NCBI GenBank assembly: GCA_023957235.1
Contig: JAMLHI010000009.1
Span: forward strand, 24,683 to 88,682
Source: Chitinophagales bacterium
GTDB lineage: Bacteria; Bacteroidota; Bacteroidia; Chitinophagales; JADIYW01
Reading direction: 5' to 3'
DNA: 64,000 nucleotides
The notes below the pieces were generated by a model. That model saw only the letters and a program-made list of their open reading frames with translations, searched no databases and was not told the DNA's origin. Made by a program: the position numbers and the translations under genes. How positions within the stretch are numbered: the stretch's first letter is position 1; the number at the start of each line of letters is the position of its first letter. Shown one piece after another: positions 21,355 through 31,900 of the stretch.

Positions 21355-22587
21355 CTAAAAATCTACCTCTAACTGAGTACTCAATATATCTTCAAAATTT
21401 TCTCTTCTTCTAATTAAGTGAGCTTTCCCATTCAAGACAAATACTTCTGCAGGTCTGTATCTGGAATTATAGTTGGAAGCCATTGAATACCCATAGGCTC
21501 CCGCATTATGCAAAGCAAGAATATCCCCTTCTCTAACTTCATTTAATTTCCTATCCCATCCAAAAGTATCAGTTTCACAGATATATCCCACAACAGAATA
21601 TATCCTATTCGTTCCTTTAGGATTAGAAACATTGGTGATATGATGATAAGCATCATACATCATTGGTCGTACAAGATGATTCTGCCCTGAATCTACTCCT
21701 GCAAACACAGTAGAAATTGTCTGTTTAATGACATTCGTCTTTACAAATAAATAGCCTGCTTCACTCACTAAAAACTTTCCTGGCTCAAACATTATTTGCA
21801 ACTCTCTACCATAAGCTTTGCAGAATTCATTGAATCTAACGGTCAGTTTTTTCCCTAGAAGTTCAACATTTGTAGTGATATCATCTGCAGAATATTTCAC
21901 TTTAAAACCACTTCCAAAATCAATAAACTCCAATTCTTCAAACTGTGCAGCATATTCCAATAAAATATCAGCTCCTCTTAAAAACACATCAACATCTTTG
22001 ATATCAGAACCAGTATGCATGTGCATACCTGTAACTTTTATATTATTGTTTTTAACTACTCTTTCTAAATGTCTCATCTGATAAATAGAAATACCAAACT
22101 TTGAATCGATATGTCCAACTGAAATTTTGGTATTTCCTCCTGCCATAATATGTGGATTCAAACGAATACACACTGGATAACTATTGCCATAAAGTGTCCC
22201 AAATTGCTCTAATACTGATATGTTATCAATATTGATGATTACACCATATTCAACAGCTTTCTTAATTTCTTCAAAGCTCACACAATTGGGTGTAAAAATA
22301 ATATCCTTGGGATCATAGCCTGCTTTCAAACCTAATTGAACCTCCTGAATAGAAACAGTATCTAATCCTGCACCCAAAGATTTCATGTATTTTAAAATAT
22401 TAACATTTGTCAATGCCTTACAAGCATAGTTTATTTTAAGATTTAAGCCCTTAAATGCCTCTGTCATCCTGTTGAATTGGCGTTCAATTATTGCTCCTTC
22501 ATAAACATAAAGAGGCACGCCAAATTCATTACAAATATCTAATACCGGAATTCCATCAATGGTATATTGGTTGTTTACCAATTGCAT
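21355..22587 (-). CDS. lysA: Diaminopimelate decarboxylase
   Basis: YACKAL (PLP Lys), SKFGI, HMHTGS, EPGKFLV, GYICETD, GAYGYSMASNYN. Confidence 0.97.
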   Translation of the reverse strand: MQLVNNQYTIDGIPVLDICNEFGVPLYVYEGAIIERQFNRMTEAFKGLNLKINYACKALTNVNILKYMKSLGAGLDTVSIQEVQLGLKAGYDPKDIIFTPNCVSFEEIKKAVEYGVIINIDNISVLEQFGTLYGNSYPVCIRLNPHIMAGGNTKISVGHIDSKFGISIYQMRHLERVVKNNNIKVTGMHMHTGSDIKDVDVFLRGADILLEYAAQFEELEFIDFGSGFKVKYSADDITTNVELLGKKLTVRFNEFCKAYGRELQIMFEPGKFLVSEAGYLFVKTNVIKQTISTVFAGVDSGQNHLVRPMMYDAYHHITNVSNPKGTNRIYSVVGYICETDTFGWDRKLNEVREGDILALHNAGAYGYSMASNYNSRYRPAEVFVLNGKAHLIRRRENFEDILSTQLEVDF

Positions 22588-22703
22588 ATAAAAAAATTTA
22601 GAATGTGAATTTAAACCAAAAGATGAATTGCAGAAAAAAAAATCAAAAAAATATCATTTACTTAATTTCACATTTATATCACTAAATCTGTTTACTAAAC
22701 TCG

Positions 22704-22711
22704 TATCTTTG
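22704..22711 (+). promoter_or_regulatory. -7 promoter element immediately before iscA
   Basis: TATCTTTG followed by CAAA then ATG (22716). Confidence 0.6.
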
Positions 22712-22715
22712 CAAA

Positions 22716-23042
22716 ATGATATTCATTAGTGATAAAGCTAAAGTCAGAGTAGATGAAATGTGGGCAATAGAAAATCTTAGCCCCAAACATTTTATTAGAG
22801 TATCTGTAACAAGCGGTGGATGCTCAGGGTTGTCTTACAATATGACTTTTGACAATGACGTCAAAAAAGATGATGAACTATTTGAAGATAAGGGTGTAAA
22901 AATAGTAGTAGATGCAAGAAGTTTACTATATGTCATTGGTACTACTTTAGAATTTTCTGATGGATTAAATGGTAAAGGATTTTATTTTGAAAACCCAAAT
23001 GCCTCTAGAACTTGTAGTTGTGGAGACAGTTTCTGTTTATAG
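22716..23042 (+). CDS. iscA: A-type Fe-S cluster carrier (HesB/IscA family)
   Basis: SGGCSGLSY, FENPNASRTCSCGDSF. Confidence 0.93.
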   Translation: MIFISDKAKVRVDEMWAIENLSPKHFIRVSVTSGGCSGLSYNMTFDNDVKKDDELFEDKGVKIVVDARSLLYVIGTTLEFSDGLNGKGFYFENPNASRTCSCGDSFCL

Positions 23043-23152
23043 GTAAGTCTTATTTCTATTTTTTCATTTTTTTTAGAAGTTCATATTATTTGTTTTAAAG
23101 AATAAGAAAAATTCTATCTTAGTTATTACCTTTTCATTTTCAAAAATCAAAT

Positions 23153-23884
23153 ATGATGTTCCGAAAAAATATACAAATCATTCTTCCCTGCTTATTCATA
23201 CTATTGATTTCATGTAAAAAGAAGGATGATTTTACTCCTATAAAATATGCAGAAGAAACTATCTTGTATCCTGAAAACATTGAAGATATTGATGCATTGC
23301 TTATGGCAATCAGAGATGATATAGGTATAGATTTATTAAATAAAGAAATCTCAGTTGATTTTGCGTTTGCAAGATTTGGTCAAACCAATTCAGTAGATGT
23401 GGGAGATGTTAAACTGAATAATATCCTTCTTTCAAAAACTTCTGCCAATCAGTATATCTCTCCAATAGATAAGAATAATTTTAATCTAAACTCCGGCATT
23501 CAAAATAAATGGGAAATCGAAGGAGGGAGTGACTACTCAGCCTTTAATAAAAGTGCTAGTATAAAAATGCCCGCTAAGATTACTCTTGACCAAGTGCCAG
23601 ACGTCATTCCATTAAATCAAGCTATTACATTAAAAGTAAATGGATTGCCTAGTAACGCTCAAGCTATCATTTGGCAATTGAAGGATATCAATAATCAATA
23701 TATTCAAAAGGAAACTACTACATCACAATTGACAATCACTATTGATGAATTAAAGCAACTCTCTTTGGGTGAAAACAGTTTATTAAAAGTAGCTGCTTAT
23801 TCATTAGAAAAATGGGAAATGGATGGGAAAAAATTTGCTTTCTTAAACGAGTTTGTAGAAACTAAAAATATACAACTTAAATAA
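23153..23884 (+). CDS. Hypothetical lipoprotein, probably surface-exposed
   Basis: SPII signal LLIS-C followed by KKKDD (Lys then acidic residues, resembling the Bacteroidota lipoprotein export signal); family not recognised. Confidence 0.7.
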   Translation: MMFRKNIQIILPCLFILLISCKKKDDFTPIKYAEETILYPENIEDIDALLMAIRDDIGIDLLNKEISVDFAFARFGQTNSVDVGDVKLNNILLSKTSANQYISPIDKNNFNLNSGIQNKWEIEGGSDYSAFNKSASIKMPAKITLDQVPDVIPLNQAITLKVNGLPSNAQAIIWQLKDINNQYIQKETTTSQLTITIDELKQLSLGENSLLKVAAYSLEKWEMDGKKFAFLNEFVETKNIQLK

Positions 23885-23943
23885 GTCCCGCCCTTCGTGT
23901 AGTTGCAAAACAATAACTACAGCATATTTCAAACAACCTTTCA
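23883..23943. repeat. Left copy of imperfect ~61-bp direct repeat
   Basis: aagtcccgcccttcgtgtagttgcaaaacaataactacagc-atatttcaaacaacctttca; 39/41 and 17/20 identity to 43999-44063, separated by one 4-nt gap. Confidence 0.92.
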
Positions 23944-24400
23944 CCTGACTTTATCAATACAACACCCATTAGGAATTATTCGCTTAAAAGTATTTTTCAA
24001 ATAGTATGGTGATAGATTTATATTTATCTGTCAGGAGCTTGGTGAAATGAAACATTAGAAGCAAATCCCAAACACCTATCGAAATTCTTAAGGCTCTTTC
24101 CACTTGCCATAAATAGCTAAATAATTTGTAAACGTCGTTTTTTGTCAGGTTTGTGTTGGAGACATACCCATTAAACCCGTCCCTATTTTCGTTTTCTGCA
24201 GTCTTTGAATAATCAATCTGTACACTTACATTGTTGTCAATGGTTAAGAATATATTGTATCTGCGATTATTGATTTTACCCTTGGCTATCAGTCAGCTTT
24301 TATATTTTTTTCCAATCGTTTAATACCTTTCTCGTGATTATTATGATAAGGGAATCAAACGATGCGAACAACTATTTTGTCCACATCGCCATGATTAAAA
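23944..24400 (-). pseudogene. IS1634-family (IS4-superfamily DDE) transposase remnant, frameshifted and 5'-truncated
   Basis: Manual translation: NNHEKGIKRLEKN, then frameshifts, then GKINNRRYNIFLTIDNNVSVQIDYSK...DGFNGYVSNTNLTKNDVYKLFSYLWQVERALRISIGVWDLLLMFHFT (24280 to 23984); resembles the IS1634 C-terminal DGLKGY.TNT.L...LW.VE.AFR...RP.FH pattern as recalled; candidate terminal sequence CCTGACTT at 23944. Confidence 0.82.
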
Positions 24401-24519
24401 AACACTTCTTACCTACATAGCTATTTTATAAAATCAAATAAAAAGCTACCAATAGAATTAAACAATATTTTAGATAAAAACTTCATACTGTTGAATAGAT
24501 TTATAAATTTACAATTAAT

Positions 24520-25695
24520 ATGTCCTTACTGATTTTATTGTTAATTGTAGTTGCTTTTTTGTTACTTACCTTTTCACTCCATCTATTCTTTACTAAGCAA
24601 GGTAGCCATACCATCAATTATCTTTTAGGCTTTAGTTTTTTTGCTAGATTCTTTCAAGTAGGTGTTTTTCTAATTATTATCACTTCATACACCGTTTTAC
24701 TTCCTATTACTCATTTATTCCCAATTGTTCAAATTATATATACTATTCTTTACTTTGGAAGCCTGGCGAGCTCTTATTTATATATTCGTTGTTTCATTAA
24801 TGGAGAAAAATATTTAAAAAAAAGTGATTTAATCCATCTAGTTCCAATAATTTTTATAATAATTCATCTATTTCCATATTCTCTAATTGGAAAAATAAAT
24901 TGGGAAATAATAGCCAAAGAGATTATCACTGGAGGGCAACTCTCCATTACAGAAAAATTGGGTGTATTCCCTAACATATTGTATAATATTGTACAACTAT
25001 TATTTTCTGTATTATATTTATTGGCCTCATGGGCAGTATTATTCAGTTCTAAATTCTTTAGTAGAGAATGGAATATCAATAAAAAATGGATGATATTTTT
25101 TATTAGCACCTCTACTTTTTTTAAGCTATTAGGATTTTTTGCTATGGTTTATGGTCAAGGAGGACGCACCTATACAAACAGTCTGTTTTTTTTATCTCTT
25201 TGTAGTATTGTATTACTATACATGTTACTTTTTGTAATTTATCAACCACAAATATTGTATGGTTATATTGTATTATCAGAAAATTACAAAGTACAAGAAA
25301 CAAAAGTATCTGTCTCAACAAAAAATACATCTTTAAAAAAAATACCGAATAAAGAGTACGTGGAATGGGTCAATCTGCTTAAAAATCATGTAGAAACCAA
25401 AAAATTATTTTTAAAGAAGGATTTGCAAATGAAAGATTTATCTAATGAAGCTGATCTGCCAGCACATAATTGTTCTGAAGTGATTAATGCTGTTTTAGAT
25501 AAAAATTTTAGAGATTGGATTAACGGTTACCGAATTCAATATTTTATTGAACAATATCCTATCTTAAAGGATAATATGACTGTAGAAGCTGTAGCTTCTC
25601 AATCAGGTTTTAAAAATATGAGAACCTTTTATAGTGCATTTAAAAAAGAGACCAACCAAAGCCCTACTGAATATTTCAAAAATAGAATGATATAG
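24520..25695 (+). CDS. Membrane-anchored (multi-TM) AraC-family transcriptional regulator
   Basis: About seven hydrophobic segments in the N-terminal 240 aa; C-terminal HTH LFLKKDLQMKDLS...SEVINAVLDKNFRDWINGYRI...VASQSGFKNMRTFYSAFKKETNQSPTEY. Confidence 0.9.
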   Translation: MSLLILLLIVVAFLLLTFSLHLFFTKQGSHTINYLLGFSFFARFFQVGVFLIIITSYTVLLPITHLFPIVQIIYTILYFGSLASSYLYIRCFINGEKYLKKSDLIHLVPIIFIIIHLFPYSLIGKINWEIIAKEIITGGQLSITEKLGVFPNILYNIVQLLFSVLYLLASWAVLFSSKFFSREWNINKKWMIFFISTSTFFKLLGFFAMVYGQGGRTYTNSLFFLSLCSIVLLYMLLFVIYQPQILYGYIVLSENYKVQETKVSVSTKNTSLKKIPNKEYVEWVNLLKNHVETKKLFLKKDLQMKDLSNEADLPAHNCSEVINAVLDKNFRDWINGYRIQYFIEQYPILKDNMTVEAVASQSGFKNMRTFYSAFKKETNQSPTEYFKNRMI

Positions 25696-25814
25696 TTGCA
25701 TCTAAAGGCAATCAACTCACATTGGGTTTATATATTTTTATGTTTTAGCTTTCTTCTTACTGTAAGCATGTCCTTCATTTTAGTTTCAAAAACTCCGTAA
25801 GAGCTTGAAATTTA

Positions 25815-25835
25815 TGTAACAATTCAAAAGTTACA
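25815..25835. promoter_or_regulatory. Candidate operator (inverted repeat) upstream of the giant gene
   Basis: TGTAAC-N9-GTTACA, 84 nt upstream of ATG 25920. Confidence 0.3.
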
Positions 25836-25919
25836 CAAGCAATAGATGGCTAATGTCCCACACTAATAGTAAAAATCATTTTTTTACAAGTCAATTTAGA
25901 ATTAGTATAAATTATTTTT

Positions 25920-28900
25920 ATGAAAAAAAATGCTACAAACTTAAATTCTCTATGCCATAATATAACCTCTGTCTTTCATAAAAGATTTCACAAGATTTTT
26001 TTTATATTATCTATTATGATAAACCTATTCATAGGTCATATCAATGCACAATCTATTATTTATGTAGATAGTAGTAAAAGTTCAAGTGGAATAGGTAATT
26101 CATGGAGTACTGCTTTTAAAACTTTAAAAGAAGCGACAATATTAGCCAATAATAATTCATCTATAAAAGAAATTAGAATTGCTAAAGGGACTTACTTTTC
26201 TACAACAAATACAAATCGTGATTCCACTTTTTTAATTAGTAGAGGTGACATCAGATTATATGGAGGATATCCAAATGGAGGAGGAACAAGAAACGTATCT
26301 TTATATCCTACTATACTCAGTGGGGATATTGGCACACTTGGAACCCATACTGATAATAGCTATCACGTAATGGTGATTGCAGGACTAGCATCTGGAGATG
26401 ATAGCGTGATAATTGATGGATTAAAAATCCGTTTTGGAAGAGCAGATGCAAATAATAGTGTAGTCTATAATGGTCAAAGCATTCCAAGAAGTTACGGAGG
26501 AGGAATAGCAATAAAAAATAATTCAAATGCTTATAAAATAAGTATAAGAAATACAATTATTTCAGGTAATTATGCTTCTAACAACGGCGCAGGAATAAAT
26601 ATAGAAGCCACCATTTCTACTTTTATCAATTGCTTGTTTTCTGGTAACTACGCTGATTATGGTGGAGCTGCTTTTAATAATTCAAACTCACATACCAATT
26701 ATATCAATTGTACGTTTGGAGGAAATCACGATAATCATTCGGGAGGAGCCATGAGAAACTCATCCTCGAATCCTGTTATCACCAATTGCATCATATATGG
26801 TAATGATGGAGGAATATCCAATAACAATAGCATTCCAGCAATTACTTATTCATTGGTGCAAGGGCTAACTGATATTTCAAATGGCAATTTGAATGGCACA
26901 AGTAATCCGAACTTTGTATCTCCTGTGCCAGCAGGAACAGTTAATATTAATGGAGATTATAGCTTACAATTGGCCAGCACATGCATTAACAAAGGAAATA
27001 ACTCAGTACTAAATGGAGTGGCTACTGATCTTGCAGGGAATACTCGTATATACAATAGCCAAGTAGAATTAGGTGCTTATGAGTTTGTTTTTTGCACAGC
27101 CACCGCCATCCTATATGTAGATAGTAGCAAATCTATCTCGGGAGATGGAGCATCTTGGAATACTGCTTTTAAAACTTTAGCAGAAGCTATAACTCGACAA
27201 TCTTGTTCAAATATCAAGGAAATACATGTAGCCAAAGGAACCTATTATCCTACTGGTGAGCAAGTAAATTTTAACAGAGATTCTACTTTTCTTATTACAA
27301 GAGGAGATATTAAAATACTTGGTGGATATCCTTCAGGGGGTGGCACAAGAAATCCATCGACATATCCTACAATATTAAGTGGGGATATCGGTGGCTCAAA
27401 TAATATATTAGACAATAGTTACCACCTCATGACTATCTCAGGAATAGGAAATACTGAAGATAGCATTATCATTGATGGATTTAGATTTATTCATTCAAAC
27501 GCTAATGGAAGTGGAACTAAAAATTTTAACGGAGCAAATATTGCTAGAAATGATGGAGGCGGTATAATCATTTGGAATGCATTAAATACTGTTAAAACAC
27601 AAATCCGAAATTGTATATTCTCTTCTAATAGAGCTGAAGATGCTGGAGGTGCAATCTTTATCGAGAATTCGACTCCTTTATTAGTCAATCTATTAGTTTC
27701 CGGAAATCTTGCAAATTATGGAGGAGGCATAGCTTTAGTTAGCGCATCTCATGCCAAATTAATCAACTGTACTATTGCTGGAAATCGCTGTGGAAGCTCA
27801 GGCGCAGGTGGAGCAATAAGAAATTCTAGCTCAAATCCAACAATAGTCAACACTATTATTTATGATAATAATTCTGGCATTTCTAATAATTCATCTATAC
27901 CCAACATATCTTATTCATTAGTGCAGAGCTTAACCTCTATAGCAAATGGAAATCTAAATGGAAATCTAATCAACCCAAACTTCATTCTTCCAATTGATTA
28001 TGCTCAGACTCCAAACTTACTAGGTGACTATCGACTACAAGCTGGTAGTGCATGCATCAACAAAGGAAACAATACTGAAGTTCCTAGTTTTATCACTACT
28101 GATTTAGAAGGAAATGAACGAATAAATTTAGGCACTGTCGAAATGGGTGCTTATGAATATGTAAACTGCCCCAATATAGAAATTGTATATGTGGATAGTA
28201 GTGTAGCATTCTCAGGAAATGGAGGAACATGGGCTAATGCATATAAAACCCTTTCAGAGGCTTTGAATTTGATACATTGCTATAATATCAAAGAAATTAG
28301 AATCGCTGGTGGAACCTATTTCCCCACTGGACTACAAAATGGCACCAATAAAGATTCTACTTTTCTCATAACCAGAGGAGGAATTAAGATAATAGGTGGA
28401 TATCCAAGTGGTGGAGGACAGAGGAATCCCGCAATTAACAAAACAATATTAAGCGGTGATATAGGTGCAAAAAACAATAATACTGACAATAATTACCATA
28501 TAATGATTATTGCTGGTATTACTTCAGGTGCAGATAGTATTATAATTGACGGGCTTAATTTCCAATGGGCCAATGCGAATGGAAGTGGTTCAAAAGTTTA
28601 TAATGGACAGACCATAGAAAGAAATAATGGAGGAGGCTTAGTAATATGGAATGTACTCAACGGCGAAAAAGTTCAAGTGAGCAATTGTGTCTTTTCTGCA
28701 AATAGAGCTGCAGATGGCGGTGCTGGATTATATCTAACTAATTCTACTCCTCTAATCATCAATTCACTTTTCAGCGGAAATCTTGCTAACTTTGGAGGAG
28801 CTACAGTTAATTATAATCAATCTCACGCAAAGTATATTAATTGTACTTTTGCAGGCAATAAAGCTGGTGATTCTGGTGGAGCGATGAGAAATTCTTCCTC

Positions 28901-31900
28901 GAACCCTACCCTTAAAAACACTATCATTTTTGGAAATAATTCTGGAGTATCTAACAACTCTTCAGTCCCATTATATTATAACTCGTTGGTGCAGGGGTTA
29001 ACATCGACCTCCAATGGTAACTTGAATGGTAATACTTCCAATCCATATTTTATATTCACAATAGATGCATCATTAGCACCAACCGACGAAGGTGATTATC
29101 GTATTCAGTCATTAGGAGAAGGGATTAATGTAGGAACTAATACTGCAATCCCATCTAATATTACAACTGATTTATATGGAAACACAAGGATTTATGGTAG
29201 CACGGTAGATATTGGAGCATTTGAGGTAAGCTGTTCAAGTACTATATCTATATATGTGGATAGTGCAAAAACTGCTTCTGGAAATGGAGAATCGTGGGCT
29301 ACCGCTTACAAAACAATGTCAGAGGCTCTAGCGAAGGCTCAGTTTTGTTCAAGCATTAAAAACATTTATGTAGCAAAGGGTACTTACTTCCCTAGTAGCA
29401 TCAATAATCAAGATGGAACATTTCTGATTTCCAGAGGTGGTTTGAAAATATTAGGAGGCTATCCATCAGGCGGAGGAGTTAGAAATATTAATACAAACAA
29501 AACGATTTTAAGTGGAGACATTGGCACTAGAGAATTAGATACGGACAATAGCTATCATATCATGATAATTGCTGGACTATCTAGCGGAACAGATAGTGTT
29601 ATTTTAGATGGATTCCAATTTGTCTGGGGCAAAGCTGTCGGTTCCGGAACAAGACTTTATAATACGTTTAACATCCCTAGAAATGCTGGAGGAGGATTGG
29701 TATTATGGTCTAATGCCAACGGAGCTAAAATTCAAATAAGAAACTGCATTTTCTCTGCAAATAGAGCAGATGACATTGGAGGGGCATTTTATAGTGCTTC
29801 TTCATCAGCATCTGTGGTGAATTGTTTATTCTCAGGAAATCTTGCTAACTACGGTGGAGCTATGTCTAATGCCAACTCTTCTAATACAAGAATTATTAAT
29901 TGTACTTTTTCAGGAAATAGAGCCGGACAGTCAGGTGGAGCAATTAGAAATTCTAACTCAAGTCCCACTCTAATCAATTCTATTATTTATGGAAACAATA
30001 GTGCAATTTCCAACAACTCCTCTACTACAAATATCTCATACTCATTAGTTCAAGATTTTAGTGGCACGGCATCAGGAAATATAGATGTATCAGCAAACTT
30101 ATACGGAACAATAAATAATCCATTGTTTATCTATGAAATCAATCCAAATCTTGCTCCTACTTTAGAAGGGAATTTCAAAGTCAACTTGATAAGTCCAGTC
30201 ATCAATACAGGCTCAACTGTAGTTGAAAACACCAGCTCATCTATTGATCTAGCAGGAAATATTAGAATTTCAGATGGCACTATTGATCTTGGAGCATATG
30301 AAAATTTTTGTGATGCGCCCTCTACTATTTATGTTGATAATAGTCGTTCGACTTCAGGCAATGGATATACTTGGAATCAAGCATTTAAAAACTTGACCGA
30401 AGCTTTAGCATTAGCTCAATCTTGTAATCAAGTCAATACAATTCTAATTGCAGAAGGAACATATTATCCAAATTTTCAAACAGACAGAACTGCTTCTTTT
30501 GTCATATCTAGAGGAAATATAAGATTAATTGGGGGCTATCCTAGTGGCGGAGGAGAAAGAAATTTACAAACACATCCTACAATTTTAAGTGGAGATATTG
30601 GTGTAAAAGATACTCATTCAGACAATAGCTATCATGTACTTGTAATTGCTGATCTCGAATCTTCAGCCGACAGTGTCATAATAGATGGAGTTAAAATATT
30701 TTGGGGCAGAGCTGATGGAGGGGGAACAAAACTAATAAACGGACAAACAATATTACAAAACCAAGGTGGTGGACTTGTATTATTTAACAATCAAAATGGC
30801 AGTAAAGTACAAATAAGAAATACAGAAATTTCTGGAAATTATGCAAGTGATATAGGAGCTGGGGTTTTTCTTCAATCATTATCAAACAGTGCACCATCTA
30901 CCTCATTTTATAATTGTTTAATAGCTGGCAATCATGCAAATTATGGAGGAGGTGTTGGAAATGTTTCTTCATCACCTACTTTTGTAAACACTACTATTGC
31001 TGGAAACAGAGGAGGAAACACAGGAGGAGGAATGCGAAATTCAAACTCCTACCCTATCTTGAGAAATACAATTATATACGGCAACTCCAATGGCATATCT
31101 AATGTAGGTAGTTCGACTCCTATTATTGAATACTCTTTGATTCAGGGGCTCACAAGCACTGCTAATAATAATCTAAATGGAAATACGACTTCTCCAAATT
31201 TTAAATATTTGGCAGACGCAAATACAGCTCCAACAATATCAGGAGACTATAGCGTATTGTTGAATAGCTCTATTATAGATAAAGGAAATAACTCACTTCT
31301 CCCTTCATTTATGAATCAAGACTTAAACAGTAATTTGAGAATTAACAATAGTACTATTGACTTAGGAGCATACGAATCAGGATGTGAAGTATCATTCAAT
31401 ACTTTGTACGTGGACAGTAGCCAAAGTATTTCGGGAGATGGTTCTACTTGGCTCAAAGCGTATAAAACATTGAACGAAGCACTTTTACTTGCTAATTCGT
31501 GTACGAACATAAAAAATATTTTTGTTGCTAAAGGAACATACTATCCTACTGATTTATCAGATAGAGATGCTACCTTTTTAATTTCAAGAGGTGATTTAAG
31601 AATTTATGGTGGCTATTCCAATGGTGGTGTAATAAGAAACATATATGCAAATCCAACAATATTAAGCGGGGATATAGGTGCAATAAATTCAAATACAGAC
31701 AATAGTTTCCACGTAATGATAGCTGCTGGAATTGGCGCAGAAGAAGATAGCCTAATTTTAGATGGACTTTCTGTTTTTTGGGGAAATGCAAATGGAAGTG
31801 GATCAAAATTTTTTAATAATCAATCTATACCCAGAAATAGTGCAGGTGGTTTAACGATGTGGAACAATGGAAATGCAGATAAAATCCTCATTAAAAACTG

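Noticed and set aside
22588-22715. Lysine riboswitch upstream of lysA
   Set aside because: The spacer is only 128 nt, is very AT-rich, holds the divergent iscA promoter, and shows no aptamer-like structure.
23883-23923. The 41-bp repeat core as a REP element or IS200/IS605 end hairpin
   Set aside because: Only two copies were seen in 64 kb and the similarity extends into batE codons, which fits a locus duplication better. A genome-wide search is still needed to exclude this fully.
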